Below are positions 22,412 through 35,154 of a DNA stretch of 64,000 bases, one piece after another (position 1 is the stretch's first letter; each line of letters begins with the position of its first letter). Origin of the DNA: Lophium mytilinum (lineage: Eukaryota); the NCBI GenBank assembly GCA_010093605.1, contig MU004181.1:1798001-1862000 (forward strand), read 5' to 3'. Made by a program: the position numbers and the translations under genes. The notes beneath the pieces were generated by a model, which searched no databases, was not told the DNA's origin, and saw only the letters and a program-made list of their open reading frames with translations.

Positions 22412-24731
22412 CTATAGCGGACTAGCCTCTAGCCGTTTCCGCTCTTCTTCCGCTTCCTCCAGATCCTTCAAAATTTCCGGAAGCATATCCTCTATCTCCT
22501 CCTCTCTGATATTCAACGCGCCTTTAATGAGCCGCTTGTACTCGATCTGCCGCTCGCTCATACCCGCTACGCTGATATTCTGCACCACCTCTGGCACGAG
22601 CATCCTCCGCTCCGCCTGCGCTCGACACAATAGGAACGCCAGCTGTAGCTTGTCGCGCAGAGCGGCATCGCTGCCGTCGGCTTCCTTTCCGCCGTGGTTC
22701 TGTTTCTGCGACTGCGCGGTCATACTTATCTGTCTCAACTCAAGCCTCTGTTCGACCTCTAATAACACTTCTGCTTCGCGAACTAAACTAGCCAGCTCCT
22801 CCTCCTGCGCTTGGTCGAGCTCCGGGTCGTCGTCGCTTGATAATAGAGCCAGCTCTCTGCGTATTGAGTCGAGTTCCTGTTGGCGTTTGCGAGCCACCCG
22901 CTCCGCTTCTTCATACTCCTCTTCCTTTTCTTTGAGCTCATCTTCGTACGCGATGGCTAGCTCTTCACACTTCTGGTGCAGAGTAGGAACGATCTTGGTC
23001 ATGAGGTGTGAGGCAGTTGAGGAGTGAAATTGCACTGCCGTGGGTATGCTGGTGGCAAGGGAGGTCTGGAAGGGGTGTGGCACTAGGTCGCCGTTCATGC
23101 GCGGATCCGGACCAAATGGCGAGGAGGACGCCTGGCGAGGGCGACCGGCTTGACGGCGGCGCAAGTTTAGCTCGTGAAACAGGTCGTCTGCGGTTTCGCC
23201 TTTGTTATTCGGTATGTCTGTGGTAACGAAGCGGCCGAGGAAGGAGCGCACGCATTTTCTTGCGCCATTACGCGCAGCAATCATGATCGCCGTGTCGCCA
23301 TTCTTGTCTTGGATGTTAAGAAGTCGCGTGACTTCTTCCGGAACCCAGGTTTCCAGTAGCTTGTTAATGATGCAATCGAGGTAGTAGCGTGCGCAGACAT
23401 ATTTATTTGTTGAGGAGGTAGTTGCGGCAATGTGGTGGAACACAGTCGACCCGAACCAGTCGGTGCGGACAACGGTCTGCTGAAAAATCTTCACCATGCT
23501 TGGCATGGTGTTCTTGTCGAAGTTGTTTGTGAACATGACGGCTCGCATCAAAGGTGTCTCGAGGTTGTTGGAGAGGCAGTCTATCCGTGCACCTCGACGC
23601 ATGAGCTCCTTGACCACTTCAACGTCACCCATAGCGGCTGCCCAGTGCATAGCTGAGTGGCCCTTCTCGTCAATAGGCCGATCGAGGTTGACGTTGGCAG
23701 GCGGCTCCGGTGGTGCAGGGAAGCGGTCGTCGGATTCGAGGAGCATGAAATAGTCGAGCAAGGCGTCGGCCCATATCTGGTGCTGCTGGTCTTGAAGAGC
23801 CATCTGATCAGCGCCTCGCTTCCTTTTCCTTGATGAAGCAGAGTATTGAGACACCCCAAGCATATCTTGATCCCCGAGCATGGACTCTGAGACCACCGTC
23901 TCGTTGTCGGGGGTGTCTTCTTTAGCAAACTGTACGCTACCATTGTCAAACTGCTCTTCGCTAATTTGGCTCTGGCTAGCGGTCTGGAAAGCTGCTACGA
24001 CTAATCAGCATGCGTCTATGGAAGCCCCATACAGTGAAGGTATATCATTAGCACTAAGCGCGTGGACTATTGGCTCCACTTTGAGACGCATGAGGGTGTA
24101 AGAAAAAAGTAATGTTCACTCTTCTTACCGTTCCTCCTCGCCGCTGCACTCTGCCTCGGCACCTTTGGCCTGTTTGAAGCAGCAGTCGCATGCTTCGGGG
24201 CAGGAGGAGGGCTGCGGTCTCCTGGTTTATAGTCAAATATTGGGAGCAGTTTTTCCAAGACGCCGTTGCGCTCTGCCAGAATTCGCCCGTCGTGAAGCGG
24301 CACCCATGTTCCTATATTCAAGACGTCGTCAGCCACCGCATATAGAAGCTTGTCTGCATGTTCTGACCTTGGTATTTGCCGTATCCGCCCTGGACTTTCT
24401 CATGCACGCCCTTCTGGACCTCGCGCTCTAGGATACGGGTTCGGGCGGGCTTGTCGAAGTCGGCTACCTTGAGGATATGAGTCGCATTAATCCAGTCGTC
24501 AGCGCGTCGACGCATAACATGGTTACCGGCGATATTGTACTCGAAGACAGGGACCTAGAACATTTAGCAGTTGCTTCTGTACTGTGTGGAGAAGTGGTGG
24601 ATATGGCATGGGAAGTTTGATTGATCTGGTGAGCCAGAGGGATGCGCCGGGCGAAGTGACGAGCACAGCGCGAGGATACTTACATTACTGTACGTCGCAG
24701 AGTAGATCTTGGTATTCGCATCAGACGGCAT
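22412..24731 (-). CDS. MBP1: APSES/ankyrin cell-cycle transcription factor (Mbp1/Res2)
   Basis: [43 protein letters not shown]; ankyrin repeats ([29 protein letters not shown]); C-terminal coiled coil; three introns. Confidence 0.92.
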
Positions 24732-24945
24732 GATGGCGATAGGGTTGCTTGGATCGTCAGTGAATGCTCTAATCTACACGGTCGGGAGGAGACGCGCCTT
24801 CGCGTCGCAGTGCGGTCGGTCCTGCGAGTTCTGCCACCGCCTTCACCACCTGCACGAGCTCCATCTTCGCCCGATGGCCGAGCTCTCCACCACCACCAAT
24901 TCGACAAACGCCTGGTGTCAAGCCTGCTCCACGCCGCCCGCCAGC

Positions 24946-25366
24946 ATGACAATCACCGAGTCTATCAAGGAGGCGGTCGGCCTGAACAATGCCTCCTCAG
25001 GCCGTGAGTGACGTGTCCCTGGCCTTTCAATTGGCGCAGCTGCAGGAACACATCACGACTGACACGACAACAGAAGCCACACGAGAGGAGATGTCCGCGG
25101 CGAAGTTGCCAATTCAGTACAGGGACTCGTGTGCCCATCTGCTCATTCCCCTCAACCGCTGTCGAGTGGAGGAATACTATCTGCCGTGGAAGTGCGAGGT
25201 ACGCATTGGCGTTGTAGCCGCGACGTCCGGCCCCCGAAACAAGAGCTAAGAGGAGCCTTAGAACGAGCGACATTCATACGAGAAGTGCCAGTACGTGGAG
25301 TTCAAGAAGCGGGTGGCCAAGATGGACGAGCTGAGGGCAGCCAAGGACGGAGCGCGGAGCAATTGA
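24946..25366 (+). CDS. NDUFB7: NADH:ubiquinone oxidoreductase B18 subunit
   Basis: ATREEMSAAKLPIQYRDSCAHLLIPLNRCR...PWKCE|NERHSYEKCQYVEFKKR (twin Cx9C); two introns. Confidence 0.92.
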
Positions 25367-25565
25367 TATCAACGGGCATAACGAAGGCATTCCGCAGGTC
25401 ACAGGTCGAAAAGCTGCATCTGTATATAGCCGCAGCATCGACAGCATGTAACAATTATGTTGGCAAGTCCGAGAAAACTCGGGGCGTTTTATTCACATCA
25501 CGCATCACCGTGGATCTTGAACAGATAACTACTTTTACAGCATTTGACGCCTATACGGTTGTGTC

Positions 25566-27514
25566 TCACAGTTTCGATTTTCGACGTTCCGAATCACCCC
25601 CTTCAGCTTTTGCCTGTTCACGAAGCACCTTTCTCAGTATTTTCCCGGACTAAATTATCATCAGTCACCAGTCCGACCGCACAGACGGGAAAGAGACTTA
25701 CAGGAATCCTCGGTATAGCTGCGACGAAACGCACCCCTCCGGTCAGCCTTTTGAAGCGGGAAACTCTTTCGGCTGTCCAATCTTGAATTTCTTGGGCCGT
25801 CACCATTGAGCCCTGCTGTAATACAGCATAGGCTCGTGGTGCCTCCTCTCCTTTCCTGCGGTACGTTAGCACGTTTTATTTCGACCGCCTCGATATCCTT
25901 ACACAATCACTCCTATTACTGCCACATCTGCTATATTAGGGTGCTCTAACAGTAGAGCTTCGATCTCTGCTGGCGCAACTTGAAGGCCTTTGACCTTGAT
26001 TAAATCCTGGTCATCATCTGTTAGTATCTTCAAACGCCCGTCTTTGTGAATGAGTAGACTTGCCTTTTTCCGATCCACTATGTAAAGGTAGTTTGTCTCG
26101 TCAAAACGCCCAATGTCCCCAGTTTTGAGCCATCCGTCACTCGTGATAGCTTCCTTCGTCACTTCCGGCAGCCTCCAGTAGCCCTTCATTACGCTTGGCG
26201 CGCGGAACCATACTTCGCCTCGTTCGCCATGGCTCACCTCTTGTAGCCCGTCATCGCTAACAATCTTAATTTCACAGTTCGGTGCCAGCTCTCCGACAGC
26301 ATTTGACGTGGAGATCGCCTTTGGATGGAATATGCAACCCGTCAGGGTCAGCCTGCCGCAAATCAGAAAAGCCCGGCAATGTAAAAATGTCCAAACTTCA
26401 ACTCACTCTGTCATTCCCCACGCCTGCTTCACATTGACCCCTCCATCCTCCCAAAGCTTTTCAAATTCGTCGCAAACCTCTCTTCCCAACGGCGCTGCAG
26501 CACTGATGACGCGCTCAACAGCACTAAGATCAAACTTGGGCGTCGCAGGATGTTTCGCCATGCCGACTACGATGGGCGGCACGATGATCAGATCTGTAAT
26601 CCGGAACCTCTGCGTCGCCTCAAGCATGGCAACCAGATCGAATTTCGGCATTATGAAGATCGGAACCCGCTGGACAGGGCCTTGGAAGCAGAACAGCACC
26701 TGTCCCATTGCATGGTACATCTAGGAGTATCAGCATCGCAAATGCCGGAATTCGTGCATACGGTACTTACGGGCAAAGCACAAAGGTACCGGCTTCTTGC
26801 AATCTTTGCTTTATACTCCGGATCTAGGGATACGACGTGGACGCTTTGGACGCAATTGGAGACATAGTTACGGTGGGTTATCATGACTCCTTTCGGCACA
26901 CCTGTAGTTCCCGAGGAGTAGTTCAAGACGATAGTCTGATTGAGGAAATCGTCCGTATCACGGTTCTCCCATTCGAATGGCCGCCCGTCATCGTCGGACG
27001 CCAATAGAGTCGTCCAGTGCCGGATGTTCCCTCTACTCTTGCCTCGCCCTTCGAAACTTGCGGCCCCATCATCGAAGGCAAAGATTCGATCCTCGCCCAT
27101 TCCTACTAACTTCGCAGCTTCGATCCCTGTAGCCAGACTACCCTCCGAGCAGATCAGAAAACTGGCCCCGCTGTCTTGGAGTTGATAAGCTAGTTCTCGG
27201 ACGACGTATGACGGATTGGCGCCGGTAAAGATCCCGCCAGCCATGACGATGCCCATGAGTACGACGGGAAAGAACACAGAGTTGCCTGAGAAGAGCAGCA
27301 CGCGACCTCCCTGTGCGAGCCCGGCTCGTTGAAGACCAAGCGCCAACCGTTGGGACCATAGACGGTAGCCGGCATGGCTTAGGAAATGCTTGTCGGGGCT
27401 TGTGGTTGAGATGAGAGCGGGAGTTGTGGGGAGAGGCGCGGTGGGTGAATCAAAGAGATAGGTAGGAAGTGAGATGCGAGGGACTTCAATCTGCCATCGC
27501 GATCTTGTAGGCAT
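25566..27514 (-). CDS. Peroxisomal 4-coumarate/phenylacetate-CoA ligase-like AMP-binding enzyme
   Basis: YSSGTTGVPKGV, QAWGMTE, GWLKTGD, IKVKGLQVAPAEIE, SGKILRK; spliced last exon ends RRKSKL* (PTS1). Confidence 0.9.
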
Positions 27515-29019
27515 GTTTGAGGAATTTGATAGAGCAGGTGGATTGGTTGAAGCTTGAGATTGTGAGACGGTTTGGGGATGTAGTCTGCAGGATCGTTTGA
27601 TGCCCGGGTAACGTCCTGTTGCTGTTGAACCCTGTCGATATCTTCCCGAAAGCACAATACAGCCGCTGGGTATACAGAGACATCCACTTCGGCCGTAATT
27701 TTATGCGGTATTCGGATGGTGTGACAGACCCAATACCCAATCCGAGACCTCTCTGATGCCGAACTCCTACTGACGCCAGCGCTTGGAGCCAAGGCCTCCG
27801 CGGCAGAAACCACCAGATAGCCCACAAAGACTTCCAACAACAAAGTCAGAGTACAGCAAGACCTTACCAATCCTGAAAACACCTTGGCACAAACGAAAAC
27901 GCAAACGCATCAAAAGACTCGACGCACAGAACCAAGAGCGCCGTCGTTGCTTTATCAGCCTCCAGCCGCTTCCGACGCACCACGCGGCGTCCCGTGCCCG
28001 TTGATGCAGACCAAGAGTTTTTATATCCTCAGCATTTCTGTGAATGGCCCAGAGGCGAGTTTTCCAAGGCGTACGACCCGCATTCATCGGTGCCCCGCAA
28101 GCAGGGGCAGGCGAGGGCTGGGTGAAGCGAGCGTGGCGCTTGGGCTGGCCGGTGGAGATGCCGCGGTTGGGGGTGCTTGGAGGAGGCACTAGTGGGGGGT
28201 TGCTTGGTTTTGTGGGTTGATTGGAGAGAGTGTTGATATTCGGGTGTAGGAGGGGATGCGATGCATGGATTGGTGAGGCTAGTAAGCTTCATGTTCCTTC
28301 GAGAACTTCATGTCGCCAATTTGTGGGCGGTAGCCTAGGGATCTGCATCGGAAGATACATGCAGGGATAGTTTGTAATAGGCTGTTCATGAGAAAAAGTA
28401 CATTTGGCATAGAAATGCTCAGGTTGGGTTTCAAGCCATGCTCTGTAGCGAGTATATCTCCGAAGTCGTGGAGAATAACGGCGGACATGTTTACTTAAAG
28501 CTTTCTGACACCGCTTATGTTATCCCAAGGCGGTAATACTTAGTTGAAGCAACGGATCACAAGAGCAACGTATCATAGGCCTTATCTAATACTGTGTACA
28601 CCTTTCTACTGCCACGTGAGGAAGGTCGGCAAGGTTTCGGGCAAATCAAATGGACACATTCTTTCCATTCGCTCCCTCCTGACTATGCACACCAACGAGA
28701 TCTCACTTAGTATTTTAGACTCATCCGCCAAACGACGATAGCACACTAGACGTACGATCTCGTACTATGTGGCGCCTAGTCCTCCCTCCACGACACGAAA
28801 AATACAAGGACGCAAACCGAGACTAGGCTAGTCGGTGCCAGCAACTTCAATGGGCAAGTTTCCTCCGCTCATCGAACTCAAATACCGTCCAGAAAGTTCC
28901 ATCTATAAAGCCGCCGCATTAACAGTCCTCTCAAGCACCACGTGAACTCACACAGCTCTGCCCTTAGAAATTACGCTCACTTAAACTGCGAACATTCACC
29001 CCAGTTTCCCCAACGTCAA

Positions 29020-29398
29020 ATGGCCACGAAAGAAAGTTTCGTGGAGATACAAGCGTTAAAACAGCTCATCAGCGGCAAGTAGTCATTAATGGCCCTCCTG
29101 ACAACGCTAAACTGTATCTCTAGAAAGCGCCCAGCTGCAGTGGCCTGAAAGTAAGATCAATGCTGTAAAGATATACAAAAAGCCCAGGGAGCGGGTCTGG
29201 CTTGCAGTTGTAAAACGGAAGACCAAAAATACTACGAGCGGTCAATGGGAGGATATAATCTTGACCAGTAGCGCTGCTACTCGGGATCGGCTTGGGACAT
29301 TGCGCCTATTGTTAGTTGCTGTTGAGGAGGAGGGCGGCAAAGATATCATGGCGCATATCTCTTCTTTTCGGCGTAAGCTGATGTTGAACGTGCGGTGA
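29020..29398 (+). CDS. Orphan 109-aa protein, paralog A, with GC-AG intron 29075-29123 (absent from ORF track)
   Basis: Exon 1 MATKESFVEIQALKQLIS, GCAAGT donor, TAG acceptor at 29123, open exon 2 to TGA 29396-29398; aligns end to end with paralog B; TATAAAG ~115 nt upstream. Confidence 0.72.
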
Positions 29399-29723
29399 GA
29401 GACCGAGTCAGCCACATAGCCACTTGAATGGGTAGTTTGGAGCTGAACAATGAAATCCCATTGAAACCATGTGAAGCAAGCCAAAGGCAGAGTATTGGTG
29501 CCCAGCGAGTTTTGTTCACCGTGTCTATGGCTAGCGAGTTTGCGAGTTTGCGACTATTTGGTTTGACATCATTATATATTCCAAAACATAAGACAAACGC
29601 GATATAATAACAATAAACGGCTTGGATATAAAGGGACTCCACTCACTGCTACCCAGAGCCCATCTAGGACAGCTGGCCGATCGTGATCGAGAGAACCTCC
29701 ACGCCCCGATTCCACGTCACAAA

Positions 29724-30109
29724 ATGCCACCAACCGAAAGCTTCCAGGAGATCCAAGCCTTGAAACAGCTCATCCGCGGCAAGTGATCCCAATATACAGA
29801 AGGCCTTGCAAACGTTCCACTCCGCTAAGACTTTTATTAGACACCCCTAAACTAAGAGGCCAAAATGTCAGGAACCCCGTGATTAGGACCTACAAGCACC
29901 CCGGACTTCCAGTGTGGCTCGCAGAGGTGACGAACGAACCCGAGGACGCTCTACACATCACTAGTCCCCGCGCTGGGAGTCGAATGGAGACTTTGCAATG
30001 TCTACTATGTCTTATCGAGGAGATCAGTAGTCGTGAGATCATGGCGAACCGCTCGTCGTGTCGGCGGCGTCTCTTAGAGTTGGGAGCTGAGAGACTATCA
30101 AGACATTAA
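29724..30109 (+). CDS. Orphan 107-aa protein, paralog B, with GC-AG intron 29779-29840
   Basis: Exon 1 MPPTESFQEIQALKQLIR, GCAAGT donor, GCTAAG branch-like site, TAG acceptor at 29840, in-frame exon 2 to TAA 30107-30109; TATAAAG ~95 nt upstream. Confidence 0.72.
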
Positions 30110-30425
30110 ATTAGTGCCGACAGATCGGTCCCTTTGACGTGGAGGAGATATGAAATGCTGTTTGCAGTTGCAAAAGAATATCGATTGATGATGTGTATTA
30201 TCTGGGAGTAAGCTTTTGCGTGTCCTCGCTTTACCCTAGTACTCACGGACTGCCGGTGCATTTTCCGTCGTAGTTGCCCATACACTTTCCTGTCAGTGCC
30301 TTAGGGCATCCCAGATCTCTGAGTCGGAAGGAACTTCAGGAATCTGGGCAAGTGATGTAGTTATGAAGCGACCCTGGATAGAGGCAGAGGGGTTTACACA
30401 CTAGCTAGGCACTACAATGCCACCA

Positions 30426-32707
30426 CTAGAATCCCAAAAATACCGCAGCAATTGAAACAGCGGTGCAAATGACCCAGCCGTACCCTAATTGTGCCGCCGT
30501 GTTAGGAACTGGCAGAGGCGGCATACTCGAGCTCGTCCCTGGTGTGAACGCGTTGACCTCTAATGATTGCACACCTCCTTTCACACTTTCCAACGGAGCG
30601 ACGAAAGCCATCTGGCTCCAGCTAAACAGTTTATTCCGGCCTCCAAACACGAACACCTCAAAACGCCCCACAAAAGTCCCGTTAATCCACACTCTTGACC
30701 CTCCTATCACGTCACCGGTAACGACGACATCGGCTGGGACGGCCACAGTGACCGGCTTGTGCGTCGAGCTGGTAAGATTCGTCCAAATGCGCCCAGGCAT
30801 GCCCGGATCAAAGCCATCGGCAATATCGGTGGAGCGGAGCGGATAATCCCATCCATCGGAAGTGGTGAAAACCAGCGTCCCATTTCCAGATAGTGAGAGA
30901 GTCGTGTCAGGGCCCGATAAAGTGAAGGGGCCAGTGACGGAGAGCGAGAGGGAGTAGTTCATGCCTTTGCTACCCTGTCCAAGCGCCACCGATCCATTGT
31001 CAGAAGCCGACCGGGCCCACGAAAAGAGAGAGGTGGAGGCACTGTTTTCGCCAGGGAGCTTTCTATCGAGATTCTGGCCAGGGGCGTGAGAAGAGAGGAA
31101 CTCAATCGAGGCGTCTGAAGTCACTGGAATAATTGCCGGCCCTCGTGATCCTGACCAAGCCTTTGCTCCTACAATTGGGATACCCTTACGTAGGGCGTAA
31201 TATGCCTCCAGCTGGGTGGTAGCGTCTGCGCCGTTGTCATTCCACGCGGCCATGATGGCACCTTTGTTTCCCGATGCAGTGCTTGAAAGCTGCTCTGTCG
31301 TGTTGACGTAGTTGAATAAGGCGGGATTCCACTGCAAGTCTCGCTCGTTCGCAAAGTTCAAGACGCGGGATACGTTATAAAACTGTGGATATGGAGCGGG
31401 GTTGATGGGCGTGTGGTCATTCTTGAGGGACATGTAGGCCCACCAATCTTCGGAATTGATGAGTTGATATCCGTCGTTCTGCAGCTCAACAGGATCCGAC
31501 TCTCCGTATTGCCAATGCTGTATAATGATGTCTTGTGAGATGGTTACGTTTTTCGAGGGTTCGTTGGTGCCCCAAATCCGGATCTTCTTGCCAGATGTAG
31601 AGTTGACGAAATCAGACATTTCATTTACGAATCGAATGTAGTCATCTGCGAGTGTGGAGTCGTACTCGTCAGCACCAATATGGACCTCCTTCATTTGGAA
31701 CCATGGAAGAAACTCGGCCCATAGGCTCTTGACTGTGGGAATACTTTCGGGGTGCGTTAGATTAAGGAGATCTTTTGACGCCAACGCAAGTTCTGGCTTC
31801 CATTTGGTGATGGAAAGGCAGTGACCAGGAGCTTCAATCTCTGGTATAACGGTCACACCTCTTTGCGCACAATGCTTTTGGAAATCTTCAAACTCAGCCC
31901 GGGAGAGAGTTTCATTTGGTCTCTGCACGATCCCTTGAAGGTCAGGGTTTTCTGGGTATAACGACTGCACGCGAGGGTACAACATTAGTAATGTTGGAGC
32001 AAGTGGAAGTTGACACATACGAATTGACTGTAAACTAAGTTCCACGTCTCGTTGTGGCCGCGATTTAATGGGTAGTTGTCACTGGCGTGATAGTGGAATT
32101 CTGACATCTTAAAGAATGATGCATATGTGCATAGGTCCTTCAAAAAGGACGGCGCGTACCATTTCCTTCCCGCATCTAGCATGAATCCTCTAGTCGAGTA
32201 CGCAGGAGCGTCGGAGATCTTTCCAGCCGGAATCGAAGACCCATTCGCAAGGAGAATCTGCTGGAGGAGCGTTCGCGTTCCCCACCACATCCCACGAGCG
32301 CCTTGTCCTCTTATGAAGACGCTAGAGCCTTGCACTTCGAGCTCGTATCCTTCCTCGGTGACAACTCCATTCTCATAAGTCAAGCCAGAAAAATTTCCCC
32401 CAAGTGAGCCGAGGTATATCCCAGATCCATTCGTGGGCAGCACTCCAATGCGTTGAAGGGTCCAGTTCGTCCCGGTAATCTGCTCGAGGTCTTCGAGGAA
32501 CGTCTCTGCAAACTCGTAGGCGGAAGGCGGAATAAGTGTCAAGCCTCCGGTATCAACATGAGAGGCAAATGTGCTCTCGATATAGATAGTTTTAGCTGAT
32601 GAAGCGATAGAGAAGGCGCCAGTCGAAGCGTTGCGGCTCCATTGAACTGGCGACAGGGCCTGCAGAGCAGATACGGCGGAAACAAGGACCGAGAGAATCA
32701 GCAGCAT
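30426..32707 (-). CDS. Secreted glycoside hydrolase family 20 (beta-hexosaminidase-like) with hydrophobic, GPI-like C-terminus
   Basis: Signal peptide, RGFMLDAGR, VIPEIEAPGH, catalytic HIGADE; intron 31965-32020. Confidence 0.92.
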
Positions 32708-33557
32708 GATGGTGTGACAAAGTATTCGAAGGTGGGCGAAACCTGCACTTTATCATGGTGATAGTGATATTGGGGTGCATCGTCTTAGATTCTGAGGCCA
32801 CGATAAAGGGCTACACAATATTGTAACCGGGACATTGGGACGATCTGCGGTCCGAGGTGGTAAAGCACCTTATCAAGTGCGGAGCATACTTATCTCCAGG
32901 TTCCCCTCCAGCGGGATGTAACCTTTCAGAGAGCCAAGAGATTGTGGGAAGGCATCGCGAAAGAAAACAATACTTACTCGCGAAGAGTGGGATAGCAGTC
33001 AGTAGCTCCATCTGGGGAGTCAACAGTTACATCGCTCTCCTATGGCCGTCTCTTGCCTCGGGTAGCAGCATCCTCGATCATAGACGACCACGGATGCTAC
33101 TCGCGAGGGAGACGATGCATGTCAGTCATGTCGCCGACAGATGTGTAGCGGCGATGCTGATGCAAAGCGGCATGGATTTGTATCAGCGAACGTACACGGC
33201 CGCTCCGGGGATGCGAGAAAGCGCCATGAGCACGGACCGAAGATCAGTGATGCGAGTCACGTGACATGTACAAAAGAGTCACCCGGAGCATAGAGTATCT
33301 ATGTAACCCTATCCATGCTTTTCTGCTATTCTGGATGGTACCTTGAAGGTGCCTCGAGAGATCAGACGCGAAATGTTATTGGTTCGAAATCAATATGCGC
33401 TGACGTTCACCAGCACTTGAAACAGTGTAATATTTCACAACCTCTCTCCCATGTTACAAGATAAGTTGGCATCTCGGAAAGCTAATAGCACAAATCATAT
33501 TCAGACAGCCATGTCCTAGAAATTTCACGCCAACAACTAATCTGTAGCGGTGCTAAT

Positions 33558-34540
33558 TCAACCGCTCTCCTTGATGACCTGATCCATCGTTTTCACATAC
33601 TCTTCCACTTCCTTCGCTCCCTGTAACGTAAAATCTCTCCTCCTTCCCTCAAAGACTATATACGGCACCGAATCAACCCCATTTCCAGTCTGCTCTCTTA
33701 TCAACATCTTAACATCCTGCAAGCCCTCATACTCATCCTCCACAAACGCCTTCGCCTCAGCCTCATCAACCCCAGCCGCAGCAGCCGCAGCAAGAAGCGT
33801 CTTCTCCTCCGAAGGATGCCGCTCCTGTTCAAAGTACTGGCTATAAAGCGCTATCTCTCCCCTCATCAGCCCCGTTCCACCACATCCATCTTGCCCCACT
33901 CCCGCTGGGGGGGGCGCACTCACATTCAACAGCCTTCCTAGCCGCCTCCTCGCCCTTAGTCTCCTGCACCCACTGTACCACCCTATGCGCATCGATCGTG
34001 TTGGCCACGGTCCCGCCAAATTTGAACTCGATGCCACTACTCTTCCCGTACGCGCTCATCACGCTCGTGTACATCTTCATCTTCTCCTCTGAGTCGCCGT
34101 ATTTGCTCTTCTTGTACCATTCGTACTTGTCCTCGCCCGCCTTTGAGGCCTCGGGGTAGAGTTGGTATGGGAAGATTTTTAGTGTGAAATTGACGGGGGG
34201 AGGCGGGGAGCGGGAGCGGAGTTGGTCCAGGGCAGTGGTTAGACGGCGGAGGGCTAGGTATGTCCTGGACAGCTGTTAGATGGGCGGGAAGGATGTGACG
34301 TTGGGGGGGAGGGGGGGGGGTTTATGGAGCGTTTGTGTAGACAGGAATTTGCAGGAGATGACTTGAATCAGATGCCACTAAGGAGAAGTTCGTGGAAAGT
34401 GGATGCATCTACTGAGTGAAGCGCGTCCAGAGAGCTAGGTCTCCGCAAGGGGCAGACCGCAAATAAAACGGGGCTATGGGGTTCAATTACCAAGGACATA
34501 TTGTATCCAGCGTGAAAGAGATTTGAGAGTCGTAAGTCAT
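33558..34540 (-). CDS. DSBA-like thioredoxin-fold protein (FrnE/GST-kappa-like)
   Basis: DTICPW|TYLA, FPYQLYP, NTIDAHR, GVDSVPY, LQGAKE; two introns. Confidence 0.85.
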
Positions 34541-35154
34541 GACGATTGAATGCAGAGAGGGAACGTGAACTGTGGAGTATAACTTTTTATTGACCTTGGA
34601 CTACAAGGAGTCAATTACAGACCAAGTGTGACTGGGTTGAACATCCTTGAGGAACTTCTTTGATCTGGACCCCGCAGCGGACCTGCGGCTCTTTCGTCAC
34701 ATGCGGGGTTGGCATTTGATATGCGCTAGTCCACAATGTTTACTTTTTTCAATTACTTGCCCCATCTTATTGGTGGGCTCCTTACTTTATTTGAACTTCC
34801 AATCAGTATACCTTAGTTCCACGACTTCAAGTGCCTCATTTGTTGTTGTGAGCGTCAGCGACTTCTGAGACTGAGACCGAGTAACACATCGAAATGCTTT
34901 CTAATTGGTTGAGTGAGTGGTAGCACGTGACATCTGCAGATGTGTCTGTGGAGCTTCAGTGAGTTCTGAAACATTTGAATAAAATTAAAGTCCATTGTTT
35001 GGAGCAGCTGTTAAACTCGAAAGGCGACTTCAGATAATGTCAGGGGGGTGTAGGTGGTTTCCTAGCGCCGAACGACACGCTTGAACTCTTATGCTTAGTC
35101 TATTCGGAGCCTAGCAGCTATCCTCAACAATCAAATACCAGCCCGAGTAGTAGA

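Noticed and set aside
27379..28292. Overlapping minus-strand ORFs upstream of the CoA ligase
   Set aside because: No consistent frame, motif or splice model; could be promoter or a decayed gene.
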